DNA of 63,974 bases, the filler included, from Cercozoa sp. M6MM (lineage: Eukaryota; Protista; Endomyxa: Ascetosporea): assembly GCA_040357565.1 (NCBI GenBank). It is 10 parts of 10 records of this genome, joined end to end, with 100 filler letters (N's around TTAATTAATTAA, not from the genome) between each part and the next. Parts side by side here need not be neighbours in the genome. Positions count along the whole stretch, not along the records: positions 39,413 to 42,460 come from JBDODJ010001632.1; positions 42,561 to 60,412 come from JBDODJ010000252.1; 8 more parts are not named here. The stretch is one strand, 5' to 3'. The position numbers were made by a program, and so were the translations under genes. Position 1 is the first letter of the stretch. The number at the start of each line of letters is the position of its first letter. A model generated the notes under the pieces. The model was not told the DNA's origin. It did no database searches and was given only the letters and a program-made list of their open reading frames with translations. Below are positions 39,313-55,295 of this stretch, one piece after another.

Positions 39313-39412
39313 NNNNNNNNNNNNNNNNNNNNNNNNNNNNNNNNNNNNNNNNNNNNTTAATTAATTAANNNNNNNNNNNNNNNNNNNNNNNNNNNNNNNN
39401 NNNNNNNNNNNN

Positions 39413-41138
<1,726 letters not shown>

Positions 41139-41338
41139 CACAACTAAACCGAACTGAGGACAGCATAGTGGCGCGATGAAGAATCAGCGAACTAGAACTA
41201 CGAAAACAGTACTTACCGAGTACTGTAAACTTGTCGTCTCGGTGCAGAACTTAAAAATCAAAAATAAAACAGGTACACCGCACTGGCGAATTTTAAACTA
41301 CATTCAACGCAGCTCGGTCTTTTTGTCGCTGCAGTCTG

Positions 41339-42403
41339 ATGGCTGAGGATGCGTGCTTCGCTTGCCTCATTTAATTCTCTTCTTGTAAGTTACATATTCC
41401 GGTTTGTTTCTGTCATTGTGCGCAGATTCTGCAGTTCCGCAATACACTCAGCCTCTGTTGTGGTATAAATGAAAGGAAATTTCTCCCGGACAGATGTTGT
41501 TACCGATCCTTCAGATTTATTTACAAAACAATATCGATACATCGATATATACTGTTCGGAAGTTGATAAGCTGAGATTTTTTATCGCTATTTGACGCGTT
41601 TAAAAACTACCAGCACATTTTATTACCTACATTAGGTTACAAGCACGCTGCTGCGTACGTTAGGATAACTCATCCCCAGGCATCGATTCACTTGTACTTT
41701 TTGAGTTTTTTGAAGTGTTGAGTATTTTTTCAACCTTTTACCTACGGGTTAGAACCGAGAATGGAGGAGTTAACTGCAATGGGCTTCAGTTCAGAGATGA
41801 CAACACGGGTATACACTCATGTTTTGCCATACGCAATTGCGGCAGCCAGTGGTGGATCTTTAGGCACTTCGCTTGAGCGATGGAAATGTTTTGCGAGCTG
41901 TCGAACTTATACTTGCTGTATCCCTCAGTTTGTTTTCGTGTACTTTACGCCTCTGTGTGACCTCTCTTACTGATTTTTAGGGAAATCTTGGCGAGAACTG
42001 TGACAAAGAGGTATAAATTTAAATAGCTCACAGCGTGCATCCCTCAAAGCGCCAGTACCACCGCACTTTGTATCATTCTGCAGGAAGAGCTTCCGTCTCT
42101 GACCGAAATAGAGCATGAGCAGCTTGTCACACGCGCCGTGTTTCAGCAAAATAGCGCGGGTATTGAATGACGGCACTTTGATTACCTGGGTTAATTTCTA
42201 GCTGCATGATCACAGGGAGCAGACTGAGTTGGCTGGGGCGGGCTTTACGGAGACACGAAACGTGTGCTCCCTTGGATGCTCTGGACAAGCATGGCTTGTC
42301 GCCGCTCTCGCTAGCACTGTGTCTCGGCAGTGCGGATGCCGCGCATGCACTCCTAGATGCAGGTGGTAAGGAAACTTGTCGTGTGCCACCCCGTTTTTGG
42401 TGT

Positions 42404-42405
<2 letters not shown>
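41339..42405 (+). CDS. Ankyrin-repeat protein, 5' part; start uncertain
   Basis: LDALDKHGLSPLSLALCLGSADAAHALLDAG is one ankyrin repeat. Upstream MEELTAMGFS resembles a UBA start. Confidence 0.65.
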
Positions 42406-42460
<55 letters not shown>

Positions 42461-42560
42461 NNNNNNNNNNNNNNNNNNNNNNNNNNNNNNNNNNNNNNNN
42501 NNNNTTAATTAATTAANNNNNNNNNNNNNNNNNNNNNNNNNNNNNNNNNNNNNNNNNNNN

Positions 42561-42808
42561 CCCGTCTACCCCTGTTTACCCCCCTCCCCCAGCAGGCAGC
42601 GTTGCGACCCCAGATGCCGCCGCTGCCGGATCTGGCATTAGCGGTACCTAAACATTTCTCGTATTTGTCTGCCTGACTGACCGGGGTCACTGTGGGGTCT
42701 ACAAACAGTCCGCGCGGACGGCGCCGAGTTCAACGACGTCGCTGATGTCGTCGCCGGTGCGTCGAACGACGCTGTTTCAACAACTGCAACAACAACAACA
42801 ACAACACC

Positions 42809-42840
<32 letters not shown>

Positions 42841-43506
42841 GGTACTAGGGGCGTATACAGGGGGGGGGTATAACCACAACCTGTCTCAGTAGGCACCAGT
42901 GTGACGGTGGGCCGCGTGCCCAGTGGCGGACTCGGCAGTGCGACCCGAGTGACCACCCAACGAATCGGTCCCTGCGACCACAGTTCCGATGACGACGACG
43001 ACGACGATGATGAAATCTTCGACACCGACAGCGTCACCGTCGGCCGTCTGCTGGCCATGGTAGCACTGTATTTACCCCTGTTTACCCCCCTGTTTACCCC
43101 CCCCCCCCCGGCAGGTCGAGAGAATGGAGACGCGACTGCGCCGTCGCTGTCGGAAGGTATATATATATATAGCTATGCCTACGCGTATTTGTATGTGTAT
43201 AAATATAATATATATAATATATATATATGACACATACGAGATATATATTTTATATATGTTGGTATGTACAGAAGAGCAAGGTCGACGCGGTGCTGCAGCG
43301 CTTCGATCGAACGCTGCAGGAGAGCGTGCAAGCACCGCTCTGCGTGCCGTATCATCCCTCCTGCTTTACCCACGCCTACCCCCTGGGACCCATTACTCTC
43401 TGTATGGGTAGACCTGAGAACACTGGACTGCGGCAGGCGTCCAATCCCTACAAACCGTGACGTGAGACTAGAGGCCGAATTCGAGCCAATCGCGAGGGCT
43501 AATTAG
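42561..43506 (+). CDS. Hypothetical protein, 3' part (low complexity)
   Basis: Coding-like exons (poly-Gln, poly-Asp DDDDDDDDEIFDTD, KVDAVLQRFDRTLQE) between C-rich and (TA)n introns. Confidence 0.5.
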
Positions 43507-44165
43507 TTATTTTTGACGACCAGTTGGTCCAGTCGGCGGTGTGTTTTTGTTTGCCGGGCTCTAAGACTGTTACAACATGAGCTACTGTATCCGCGCGGAA
43601 GCAACCCTACAACTTACAAAAATCCTTCAGGTGTGGAAGATTTTGACGTGTGTTCGCTGGTATCCTGACCTACTCAAGCCTTGAGGAAGCTTTTTGCAGC
43701 TGAACTCAAAGAAGGGCTCTCTCTCGACCAGGTAATCTGATCTCCCCAGGACCAGTTGTCTTCGCTTCTACCTGTCCTCTGCCTTTCCAGAGGCCCTTCT
43801 CTTCTTCCTTCTTCTATACTTCGCGCCATCCCAAGTGCTTCTGAATCCTCACTACTCAGTTCTCACGCCTTTCCGTCTCAAGGACCCTTTTTACTGACTG
43901 TCCTTTCTACAGTTCCCATCTGACGGGTGATTTTCCCGTCCACCAGTGCTTTGCCGCCCAACTGAACTGTCGGAGAAACTCACCCTTTCAAACTGACACT
44001 TGGCCACTCTTCCTCCAAGAACAGACTTTCTTCTACGTTCCTTAGTTTTTTTTTGTATCACTGGCAAAGTACCCTTTTTTCTCGTCTTAGGCTTTAGAGA
44101 TGCTCGTCAAGCTCGATGCCTTAATGTTGAGTTGGTTTAAAATGAACTGGAGCTAAGCTGCCAGT

Positions 44166-47100
44166 TTACTGCGTCGACTCAGTTGGCGACTCGGTCGAAA
44201 CCGCAGCATTCTGCTGCTGCTCGAGTTGTTGCAGCTGCTGGAGCAAGTAGCGCGCGTCCTCGTCGTTCCGTGCGCGGAGTGCCTCGAGTGCCTCAGCCGA
44301 CTTGGCGGCCGCTTGTTTCCTGTAGTCAGGGTATCACTGAAACACACAGAAAAAGAGAGCAAAGGGTTCGGACAAACTGAGCACCTGTCGGCTTCGAGAA
44401 CGCCGGGCTGTCCCTGCTCGCGCAGCTCGTCGACCCAGCGCTCATCATGCGCCGTGTTGGTGCCAAAAAACCTGCCAAACACCCGAGTGTTAGCAATTAG
44501 CACTCAAAAAACGAAATAGCGAACTGAGCTACCACGGGAAAAGCCGGCCCAGATTTTGGTAGATCTAATACGCACGTGATAAGTGCCCAATTAGTGCAAA
44601 GTCACACAAGCACGCTACCTGGTTGATTTCAGGACTGTTGGAGGTGACTTCAGCCACCAACTGGACGTGCTCGGCCGCGCCTTTAAACAATCAAGCAAGA
44701 TGTAACGTTTTAAGAAAAGAGTAGCAAGAGTTATCACCTCTGGACAGGTCCTCTCGTGCCAAGAGTTTCTCGCGAGCCATGCTGAACAGCGAATACGGGA
44801 CGAACGTGTAAGGCGCCATCACACCTGTGGAGAAACGCAGGGTCATCCGTCTCACAAACTGAGCCACAAAAAGAGCGCTACATAGAGGCACGCCAGCGAG
44901 CACTCGGAGCCACGCCGAGCACAGCGCCTCACTTTGCAGCGAATGTCCTGAAGGGCACAAACAGAAAAAGATGGCAAAACTGAGAATAACTTAAGGGTGC
45001 GGCTACCTTCCTGCCACCTCTCAGGCAGCGGCATATGACGCCACATCTGCACACACGGGGTTTAGGGAGCACCAGTCACTCACTGCCAGACACTCGGAAG
45101 AAGGCACCTGGCGCGGCCACTCGGAATGCACAAAGTCGGGCAGGTGCCAGAGCCAGGCAAAGGCCACCGGGACCACGCTGGCCATCAGCGCCGTGCGGCA
45201 GGCCGCGTCCCATCTGTCCACACAGTCGTACAAATGGACAGACACAAACGGACGGTTCAACTGGCCGAGAGAAACGCGTGTACGAGAAAGACGGCGCCGT
45301 GCGCAGGTCGCGCATCACTTTCGCCGTGCCTGATCGCATCTGAGTGACCACACCAACATATGTCAGAATGACCACATGTCACAGTGACCACGTGCCACAG
45401 TGACCACGTGCGCACACAAACACACACGTGACTCAGCGTCACTCACCGACAGCACCGGCGCCAGCACACGGAACCGCGAACCTACCGGGGGGGGGGTAAG
45501 GGTAAAGGGTAAAGGGTAAAGGGGGTAAGAAGGGAGTAAGAGGGGGTAAGAAGAGGGTAGACGGGGGGTAAAGGGGGGGGGGTAAAAGGGGGGTAAAGAG
45601 CCTACCCAGCACGAAGCGCAGCGCGACCCAGGCGAAGGAAGCCGCCGTGGCAGTGGCGTAGTCCTTGAGGATCACATGTGTGACAGTATCGCCTGTCAGT
45701 CAGGTCCAAACCTCGGTCCATTTGTACCACTCGAGGAAACCCCTCACCACCCCCTTAAATAGTGTACCAGAGTAGCCACACGGCAGGTCACTGCCAAACG
45801 CGTCCTGCACGTGCAGCACGCGACGCTCGCGCAGTCGCAGATCGCTCTCCGAGAGACCTATGTTTAAGGGGGCGGTGTGTTTGTGCCTACAGAGAGAGTG
45901 TGGACGTCCAAGTGGACGTCTGAATGTACCAATAGCCAGGAGTCTCTCGTCCTTGACCGGAGCCATCTGGTACTTGCGTCGCGTCAGTGTCACGGCGAAG
46001 TGACGCAGCAAGCGGAAGAGCGCGTCGTGTCGACACAGCTCCACGTCCGTCAGTCCTGCAAATTCCACGCGTTTACCCCCCTGTTTACCCCCCTGTTCAC
46101 CCCCTCCCTGTACCAAAGAAAGCGTGGTCGAAGGAGCGCTGCGTCACGAAATCGTCGCCAGTGCCGCCGGTGGCTTCGCGTGCTTCCTGCCGGGGGGGGG
46201 GGGAAAGGGGGGGGGGGGGGGGGGGGGTAAGGGGTGGGGTAAAAGGAAGGAAAAGCACCGCACGCAAGTCGGAATCAGTGCGCCACGCGGCCGCCGCTTC
46301 CGCCGGTGTGCACTTCCGCGCGGACGCAATGTACTCCACTTCTGCCAGGGCCTGCGGGTGGTGGGTAAAGGGTCAGCGGGGGGGGGGTAAGAGGGGGGGT
46401 AAAACAGCACCTGCTCGCGACGGCGTCGTTCGCGCCGATCGAGTCGCCGCAGCTCGTTGAGCGACCGGCCAACGAGGTTGTTCTCCTGCTCGAGCACGTC
46501 AAACACCTGCGCCGTGAAGCTGCGTCCCGCGTCTGTCAGTACGGCTCCGATGGCCTCCAGAGCCGATAGAGAACTGCCGGCGTACCGTTCGTCCGAATCG
46601 ACCGGCTGAGCCAGCAGCGCCAGACTCCGCAGCACCGGTCGCAGCTCCTCCACTGCACAAACAACAGACACACTTACGCACCGCCTTACGAACGCACACT
46701 TAAATTACGCACACTTAAATTACCGGACAGCACGCCAACATGATGCGAGAATGAGGCCTATTTCAGCTTTAGTTAAGGGAGCGCCCCCACATTTCTGGGA
46801 GAAACCAAACGCACCGGCGGTGAGAACGGCGCCTCCACAACCGTCTCTTTCACCTTCTCGGCGAACTGCACGCGGAACCTCTCCTGGTCCAACTGCCAAA
46901 AAAAGAAAGGCCACAAGAAGAGGTAAACTAACACAAAACCACAGGACTCGACCAAAAACACATCCAGCACCTCACTAACGTCCTTGGACGGCTGCATTGC
47001 AGTGACGACTTCTCTCAGATACCTGCACCGATCAGAAGCGATCAAGACCGATCATTGTGCAATGTGCGCCGAATTGTATCGCCATAACGTACGTTTCGGC

Positions 47101-47253
47101 ATCAGTATCGCGCAGCTCCTGGATGCTGCTGCCCATGGCATCGTGTGCCAGGTGAGCGACGCCGGCAAAGGCACCCGTGACGACCAAGCCAGCGCCGACC
47201 GCGAGCGCCGTATCCACGGCGGCTGGCAGCGCGCGATTTAGCAGCTTGTTCAT
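44166..47253 (-). CDS. Hypothetical multi-exon membrane protein; may extend upstream to ~47505
   Basis: More than 15 GC-rich exons with GT-AG introns; hydrophobic stretches ALAVGAGLVVTGAFAGVA, AASFAWVALRFVLG and VVPVAFAWLW; C-terminus YLLQQLQQLEQQQ...STQ*. Confidence 0.6.
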
Positions 47254-47553
47254 CACCCGCGATCGCTCCTACACTGTGTCTTACCACTCACACACACGCC
47301 TTGTGCATCTGTGTCCTCGATGCGAACCTGTTGCACCCCCTTAATTCTCGAATACCAGAGCAAAAAAGTGTTCGTGCGTCGCTCTCGCGCATTGGCTCAC
47401 TCGATCGCCCTGCATTTAACTGTACTGTACTGTAAGGACCACACATTTGAGGCAGAGAATGGTGTTTGGGCGAAAGAGCAGCAACTCGTATATTCTCTGT
47501 GCCATGTGCCAAGTGGAGCTGTTTTGCAAGAAATTCTTGCTGCTGCAGAAATA

Positions 47554-49353
47554 ATGGGCAAGGTCGCCTGAGTCTGGCCGGTCAGATCCACAATGCTCGT
47601 GTATGACAGCCCTCCGTGTGCCCTGTGACTGTACCGGTTCATTTCTGAGCCTTGTGTGCAGAAAGTGCTGGAGCGTCTGTTGAACCCTCACGTTGCAAAC
47701 GACAAAAAGATCCCGCGTCGCATTCTGCAGAACGCGCGTGGTACGTTTTGTCTGGTCCTTTAGGTGCACTTTTCGTTTGATCAGTTTGTTCCTAGGAATC
47801 GCCTTTCTAACGACCGTGAAGGCAGGCTTTATGCTGTCGGCAGCTGCCACAACTGGCATGGTCAGTTTTTGTTTCGCCTTTTTTTTCTCAAGTCAGTCTT
47901 GACGTTTCCTTGTCGTTTGTAAAGGTGATTGCACGTCTTCCGGACGGTTCTTGGTCGGGTCCGTCCTCGTTGGGGTACGAGGAGACACAATCCTCTGTTG
48001 TAGTATGACTGATTGATATGAGACTTGTCGTCAGAGGTGGTGGCATGGGAGCCGGCTTCCAGATCGGTGCCAGCAAGACGGGTGGGCTTGCTTTGTTCTG
48101 TGGGAGGTAAAGGGAGGGGCAAAGCTTGGCCTGAGCGTAGATGCCGTGGTGGTGCTGAACACGGACGCTGCTGTCGAAGCCTTCTCGGGCACTGCGCAGG
48201 TGCGACTGGGTGGCAATGTCAGGTACCTCATGTCTCTGTCCTTCCTAGTGTGAGTCAGCTCTTGTGTCGTCTGTAGTGTGGCAGCTGGTCCTTTGGGTCG
48301 CGATGCACAGGCAGAGGCAGGCGCAGGCAAGGTATACCCTCCCTTTTGACCCTGGCACTGGATACCTTTGGTGCTAGGGTGGATTGTCGGCGGCCTATTC
48401 CTACTCCCACAGTCAGGGCGCCTATGCTGGTACCTTGTGAAGGTAGAGTGTAGACGCATCGGTACCTCTGGATGTGTTTGGGTCTGTAGGTGTGTCGCTG
48501 CAAGGCATGGTACTGGTGGCACGCAAGGACGGCAATCGCAAGTTCTACGGCGAGCCTGTAAATCCACAGGCCATCTTGCAGTAGCTCCACCTAGACTCTG
48601 TCTATTTGCACTCGCCTTCCTGTTGGATTTCCCCTTGGGTAGAGGTCAGGTGCAGCCACCGCACAATGTTGATCTGCAGCGCATCTTCACACTGCTCGAC
48701 ATGGTGCAACGCGGCGACTTTGCCAGTCTCGATCTCACGCAGGCCAATGCCGAGGCTCTTGCCAGTGTACCTGCTTTCTCTGTCCTGTCTAGTACATATA
48801 CCTCTGTCTAGTCTAGCTTAGCCTATCCTTGTGCAACGCAGAGTTCGACCGAAGCAGTCTCGCCCGAGCAAGAGCAGGCGCAGCAGTCGCTCCGAGCTCG
48901 TATCGAGGCACGCAAGGCTGCCTTGCATGTACTTATGTGTCTAGCATGTGTCTATAATATATATATATATATATATAGTGTATAGAGTGTATATGTATAT
49001 GGATATGTTTGCAGGGCAGCTCTGCTGCTGGGACAATGCCTGTCCAGCATTCTACTGTCCAGCAGTCTACGCAGCAGCTTCAGCAACCTATGCAGCAGCA
49101 TCAGCAACCCATGCAGCAACACCAAATGTACATGCAGTCACAGCAGCCAGTGTACACGCAGTCTGCGCACATGGGCATGCAACAGCCCTTGCAGCAACCT
49201 CTGCAGCAGCAGCAGCAGCCACAGCAGCCCATGCAGTCGGTGCAGTCTCTGCAAGAATCACAGTCCATGCAGCAGATGCAAACAGACACCAGTCAGAGTG
49301 CTGATCAACAACAACAACAACAACAACAACAACAGCAACAACAACAACAACAA

Positions 49354-49398
<45 letters not shown>

Positions 49399-49680
49399 CA
49401 ACAACTGCAACAACCGTCGTCGATGGACTACGCCTCCTTCGCACAGCCGCAGTCGCAGTACGATCAAAAGCAGCTCCCGCAGCACCAGCACCAGCACCAG
49501 CACCAGCAGTTCCGGCAACCGTCCTTGCAACAGCAACATGAGCAGCAGGAGCAGTCCACCCCGGTGCAGGTGCAAGAACCGGCCAATGCTGAACCCACCT
49601 ACGTCAACGGCCGCTTGTACACTCCTGTACCCGGCCCATCTGACGACTCCGCGTCCGCTGACAGCAACAACTCGAACTAG
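47554..49680 (+). CDS. SYLF/Ysc84 (YAB) domain protein with poly-Gln tail; start uncertain (47320-47554)
   Basis: DKKIPRRILQNARGIAFLTTVKAGFMLS, VIARLPDGSWSGP, GAGFQIGA, VVVLNTDAAVEAFS, SVAAGPLGR, YSYSHSQG, GVSLQG...NRKFYG. Confidence 0.92.
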
Positions 49681-49931
49681 TCATATACGGTACGTACTCG
49701 GCGCCACCGTAGCTGTATTGTAGCCTCGAGGCTATAACGGCACGGCACGACCTACAGTCGAGTATTAATCGACTGCGCTGCACAAACTTTGCCGAAACAG
49801 CACTAGTACGGGAATACTGGATGCGATGAAAATGTGAGATCGATCATATTCCGTTCAATTCTATTTGTGTGACGTGACGTCACATTAATTTGAGCTGCCT
49901 CCTGAGTTGTAGCGGCAGTAAAGTGCTATAG

Positions 49932-52900
49932 CTACACGTGTCGTACAAAGTCAAACTCGTCTTCCTCGACGTAGCGAACCGGCGACTGTGCGAGTCGCGA
50001 CTGCGGGGCCTCGGTCGGTGACAGCGCGACCGTCGCCTGCGTCGCCGTCATTGTCGTGGTCGACGCGTCGGTCTCGCCCGTGTCGGGACTGCTACGACAG
50101 GCGTCGGCAACGCGCACTTGACGTCGCAACTGACGCAACTCGGCCTGCAGTCGTCTGTTCTCTTCCTGCACAACAAGGTAAGCTCAGATAGAGAGTGTGA
50201 CAGTTGGTGTGCATGGCTATAGTGCAAAACTGTACCTGCTGCTCACACAGCTGTCGCGTGCACTCGGACAGAGCAGCTTCGCGGAGTGCCAAGGCACGGT
50301 GCACCCTCCTCTGTATCACAAGGAGGGTTAGTTATATAATGTAAAAGAGACAGGAACATTAGAAGAAAGGTACTCGAGAGGCATGCAGAGTGTGCGATAG
50401 AGGCACCGACTGTCGCAGCAGGTACGGCCATGTTCCCATCTACGCAACACAGAGATGAGAGGCAGTGAGAGAAAGCAAAGGTGCAGGGGTGCGCATACCT
50501 CTACATGCGGTCGCAGTCGCAGCAAGAAATGACCTCGCTGCGGTCGGTACAGCGCGTTGCTGAAGCGCACCTCGTTCGACAGAATGTACTCGTACACGCC
50601 TGCAGTGGTACATGTGTCCTGTTGCCTTCCACGTATACAAGACAACAAGAGTACTCTTCGTTTTTAATCGCACGCCGCACTGTTCTCTTTCCTGACAAGC
50701 GAAAGAGAGGGTCGGTGAGTATAAAAAGGCGCGCGTGTATGTGTGTGTGTACCTTCTCGTTGTCACACAGGAAGGTCCCAAACAAACACGACACACTGTG
50801 CTTGGCCAAGCACTCCTGTAGCGAGTGTACATTACGTCTGTTGCGCTCAAGGCAAACGACAGCAAACAGAGATTACGAGGACACTTTCGTCAAACTCGAA
50901 TGCGTCTGGGTGCTGCCTCCTGCAACAACAAATCACGCTATTAACCAAACCATTTGAAACACAGTGCAGCGCAACCTACCAGATCTGCCACACGCAGTCC
51001 AGAAACTGCAGAAACACGGGTGAGCGCTGATCGAGCGGCGCCTTGTCTTCGGCACAGGGCGGCACGCCGTGTCCCAGTCGACTGTGTGCACGGGTCAGTT
51101 CAAGCGGGGTGGGGGTACACGATGGAGAAGCATGTGGTTACGTTGCGAAACGATGTCCGAACTGCACCCAGTCCTTTTCGATCAGCTGCGTACAATGCCG
51201 GTTCTCACAGCGAATCAACAAAGGGTAATAGTGTAGAAAGGAGTACAGTCAGGAAGCCGCGCAGTGTACGCGAATAGTTGTCCAGCACCAGTTGTGTCAG
51301 TGCACCTGTCCAACAACATTTCCAAGTCGCACCTACGATGAGAGAGAAACAGCAAGAGTACACATCTGTGCCGTGCGATCCCAGCCATCGCTGCAGTGCA
51401 CCAGCACGGACTCTCCTGTCAACACATACATCTTTCACATGACACTTTGTGCGCATATTGAACCAAGTACTACCCTTATGCAATAACTCAGCGACCTTGT
51501 ACGACGCGTCCAGCACAGTCTCCAACAACTGACACCAGGGCTGACTATCGTCTTCTTCCTGTCCCAAACGCATTCATACAGGTATAGCCACACACAGGAC
51601 TCATGTGGTACCCCGAGAGTGTTCAGCGCGTTGCGAACGGCGTGGATGTTCTCAACACCGCAGAACTGAATTCGCACGCCGTCGTAATGTGTCACACTGT
51701 GCGCACAAACATGAACACAGTGCCTAGTAGACCATAAGTACAAGAGGCCTACTTTTCAAAGCCTCCTCCTGCTGCTCGGTTCGCCTGTGTCACATTGTAC
51801 CAACAGAGTGCACCAAAGGCTGATCAGAAATACTCTAAACACACCTGTGCATTGATTAAAGGCCGCGCGTCCAGAATGTGTTGAACCTGTGTAAGTCAAA
51901 AACAGACATTCACAAGACACGGGAACACCAGAAAGCGAGCTTACACGAGCGAGTCGGAGCAATTGCTCGTCCGCTTTGCATCGACTCGTGCTCTAACAGT
52001 TACACACACACACACACACATACATACATACACAGCTTTCAACAACAACAACACCGAGACAAACACGAACTGTACCAGTCCAAACGCCGACGCAAAGCCC
52101 AGACCGACCTGTTCACGCAAAGCGAACTCGGCGATACAAAGAGTATCAAAGGCTATCGTACCAGCGGCTGCGACGAACGCAGCAACGAAGAACACGAATG
52201 CTCGCAGAAATACGTCAGTGCCGGCACACGACCCTTGCTTCTACAGAACACAATTTTAGCATGTGATCAGTCAACTGAATTCAGCAAACTGCACCTAAAC
52301 TTTGAAACTTGCAGCAGCGTGTCGTGCCGATGCGCAATCTCGCGCGGCAACACCAAGTACTGCACAAGCACAATTCGCTCCACACACACATACACACACA
52401 CGCACAAGCACACGCACACACGCACACACGCGCACACACACACACACACACAAGAAATAAAAGGAAGCAAAAACCTCTGGGTAAGACGCACATGCTGCGT
52501 AACTTCTGTTGACCTCGCTGATGGCCCAGTTCGAGTCCTTTCGAAATACAGACAAGCTAGCACCAGAACAAGCAAGCGTTAGACAGTAAAGTACTGGTTT
52601 CAGCGCGCCTTGTCGCCGAAATTCGCGTTCCGCATCGAAAATGCACTCGCTGCGACAAAACAACGAATTAAAATATTCTCAGCGCTGGAAACTCAGTTTA
52701 CGGTCGTAGATCGCTGTCTTTGCTGTCCTTGCCGAGATTATTCGCGTATTGGTCATTTAGACTCGCTTCCGCGCGGAAGGCAAACAAAGAGGCCGTTCGA
52801 AATCGACCCGGGAAAGCAAGCTCCCGGACGCGGGCAACGAGAGCCTGATGATGTGCAATAATAGCATCTAAGAGGAACCTCCTCTGATTAGAATTAAACG

Positions 52901-55215
52901 CACTTGGCAGATCTCGGTGGGATGAGGCAAAACAAACACGAGACGACGCAAGTTCTTGCACCTGCGCGACTTAAAAATAGAAAGGACACCAACCAAAGAC
53001 AGAAACGACTGCGTACTCGAGTTCAAGAGCAGTTCCGGTGAGAAGAGTTTCCGCCGGTCCGTTTCTGTTGTGTCTGCGCCAAGTACCGCTGTTTCTATCA
53101 ACGCAATAGAATGAAACCAGGTACCGCGTGTTGGTCAAAATGCTTCGCAATTCGCCATTCAGTATCTTGTGTGCAGGCTGCAAACACGATGATATTTGAT
53201 GTGTTGCTCCCATCTATGAGCGTTGAAGCAGTACCTGCAAGGTGGCGGACACGATCGAATGTACTGGAACTTCCACGCGAATCTGCGGCGTTTCTACTCC
53301 CCAAAAGAAACAAAATCCCCAAAAGAATACACGACAAACACAAGAAGTCGAAAAAACAAAAGCACCAAGGAGAGAAGAGCGCTGCACTGCGAACGAATGC
53401 GGCAGCGGTCGTGTCCACAACAGACTAACCAATTTCGAGATCTGACTTTGCAAAACGCGAGGGTTAGTTGGGAAGGTACCGGTACTCAGTGATTCGCAAG
53501 GTGCCAGTCAAAATGGCATCCTTTCTGCGAAAGCAAATGTTCTTCTTTGAACAAAAGCCACCAAATCACGCAAGAGTACCGAGGATGGTGGTGCGATGAA
53601 TCGTGGGACTGCTCTGTCGATTCGGTTGTGCTGATGGCTGCAGTCGCTTTAGACGGCAGGCTGTCGGCCAAGCCGTTTGTTTTCCGCTTGGTGAGGTCAT
53701 CGAAAACAATGTCGTCTGTGTCGGCACGCGGACTGCTGCCTTCTTCGCTTTTGGCCGAGCTGCTATTGCTGTTGCTGTCGCCACTGCTGCTTCCACTCTG
53801 ACCACCACTCCCGTTTTGAACTCCACTGAAGCGTGTTTGGTACAGATCCGGTGTCAACAGGACTGCATGCAATGACTGGACATCCGCGCGGATCAATTCT
53901 GAAACTGACGTACCACACTGGCCGAAATGGCGCATGTTTTCGATCAGTTGAGTCGATTCACCGGTTACATTCTCCTGCAAAAACATGTGCTGTGTAAAAT
54001 AAAACATCGGGTCAGATGCTACCTGAATCGCGAGGGTTTCTGACACACTCGACGGCAGCCGTTGCAGCGAGGTCCACGGCTCGCCTTTGCCATCGTCCAG
54101 CAAGTGCCGCTCGTTCCACTTGCCGTGCAGGTCGAACTCGGCTCTACACCAAACCGCCTGCTCTAGGATCTATGTCATACACGCTCATGGCGGGATACGT
54201 TGCAACGCCGCCACAGCAGTGCACAATGACGTGGAACTTGTCGTCCTGCGGACAAAAAATAAAATCGTTGCAAAAGAATAAAAGCAAGACAATGATACCC
54301 CGTGCGAGCAATCGCTGTCATCATTGTCACCAGCAGCTGATGCGGCATCCTTGTGCTTGTTTTCGCCCTCGTTGTTACTGTCAACGTTGCCATGGACGAC
54401 AAAGTGAGACAACATGGCGATCTCGTCGTTGCCATCTTCGGACATTATCGGTTTGTACCTGCCACGCCAACATAGTTTGTTAGACACTGCAAGTGTATTG
54501 AGACGTGTGTACTTGTGTTGCAGAGCAGTGTAGACACGTTTGACACGCTTGACACACGTCGCATCTCGCAGCAGTTTCTTGTCTGATCAGGGTCAAACTC
54601 GATAAACTCACGCTCAAACTCGAGACTCTTGACAGCTCGGAATTCAAAGTCTAAGGATGCACACACCAACGCAAGCGAGGAACGGCAGAAACACGCGACG
54701 GATCGGTGCACCCGTGAGTGCCATCCTGTGCACAAAACACATGTCTGCACTCACTATTAAAGAACTCTTTGCCGTACCAGCACGTGAGTGCGAGGAACTT
54801 GCGTTCATCCTAACAGGCGTCAAACATGTCATTTAAACCTAAAAGGGAGAGATAAAGCCTACAAAAGCCTTGAGACGCTGATAGAGACTGCTCCAGAGTA
54901 GCTTGCACTGCTCGGCTGGCACGTCCTGTCAAACAGAAGGTGATCACTGCCCGCGCGGAAGGACTAGTACATTCAAGTGAAGTTACAGAGGAGGGCCGGA
55001 AAGCTCGCACAATGGCAGAGTCGCCGCAGCGCAGAAAATCAGTGAGCAAGAACCGCGTCGGTCTCTGTCAAACAAAACGTAAGCAAAAACACATTCAGGG
55101 ATGAAACTAAAATGCGGAAACGCCTACTGTGTTGGACCGAAAGCGAGGCAGCACAGCAAGCACGTGCAGCACCGTCTCGAAGTCCTTGTGCGTCAGTGCC
55201 ATGCCGGTCACTGTG

Positions 55216-55295
<80 letters not shown>

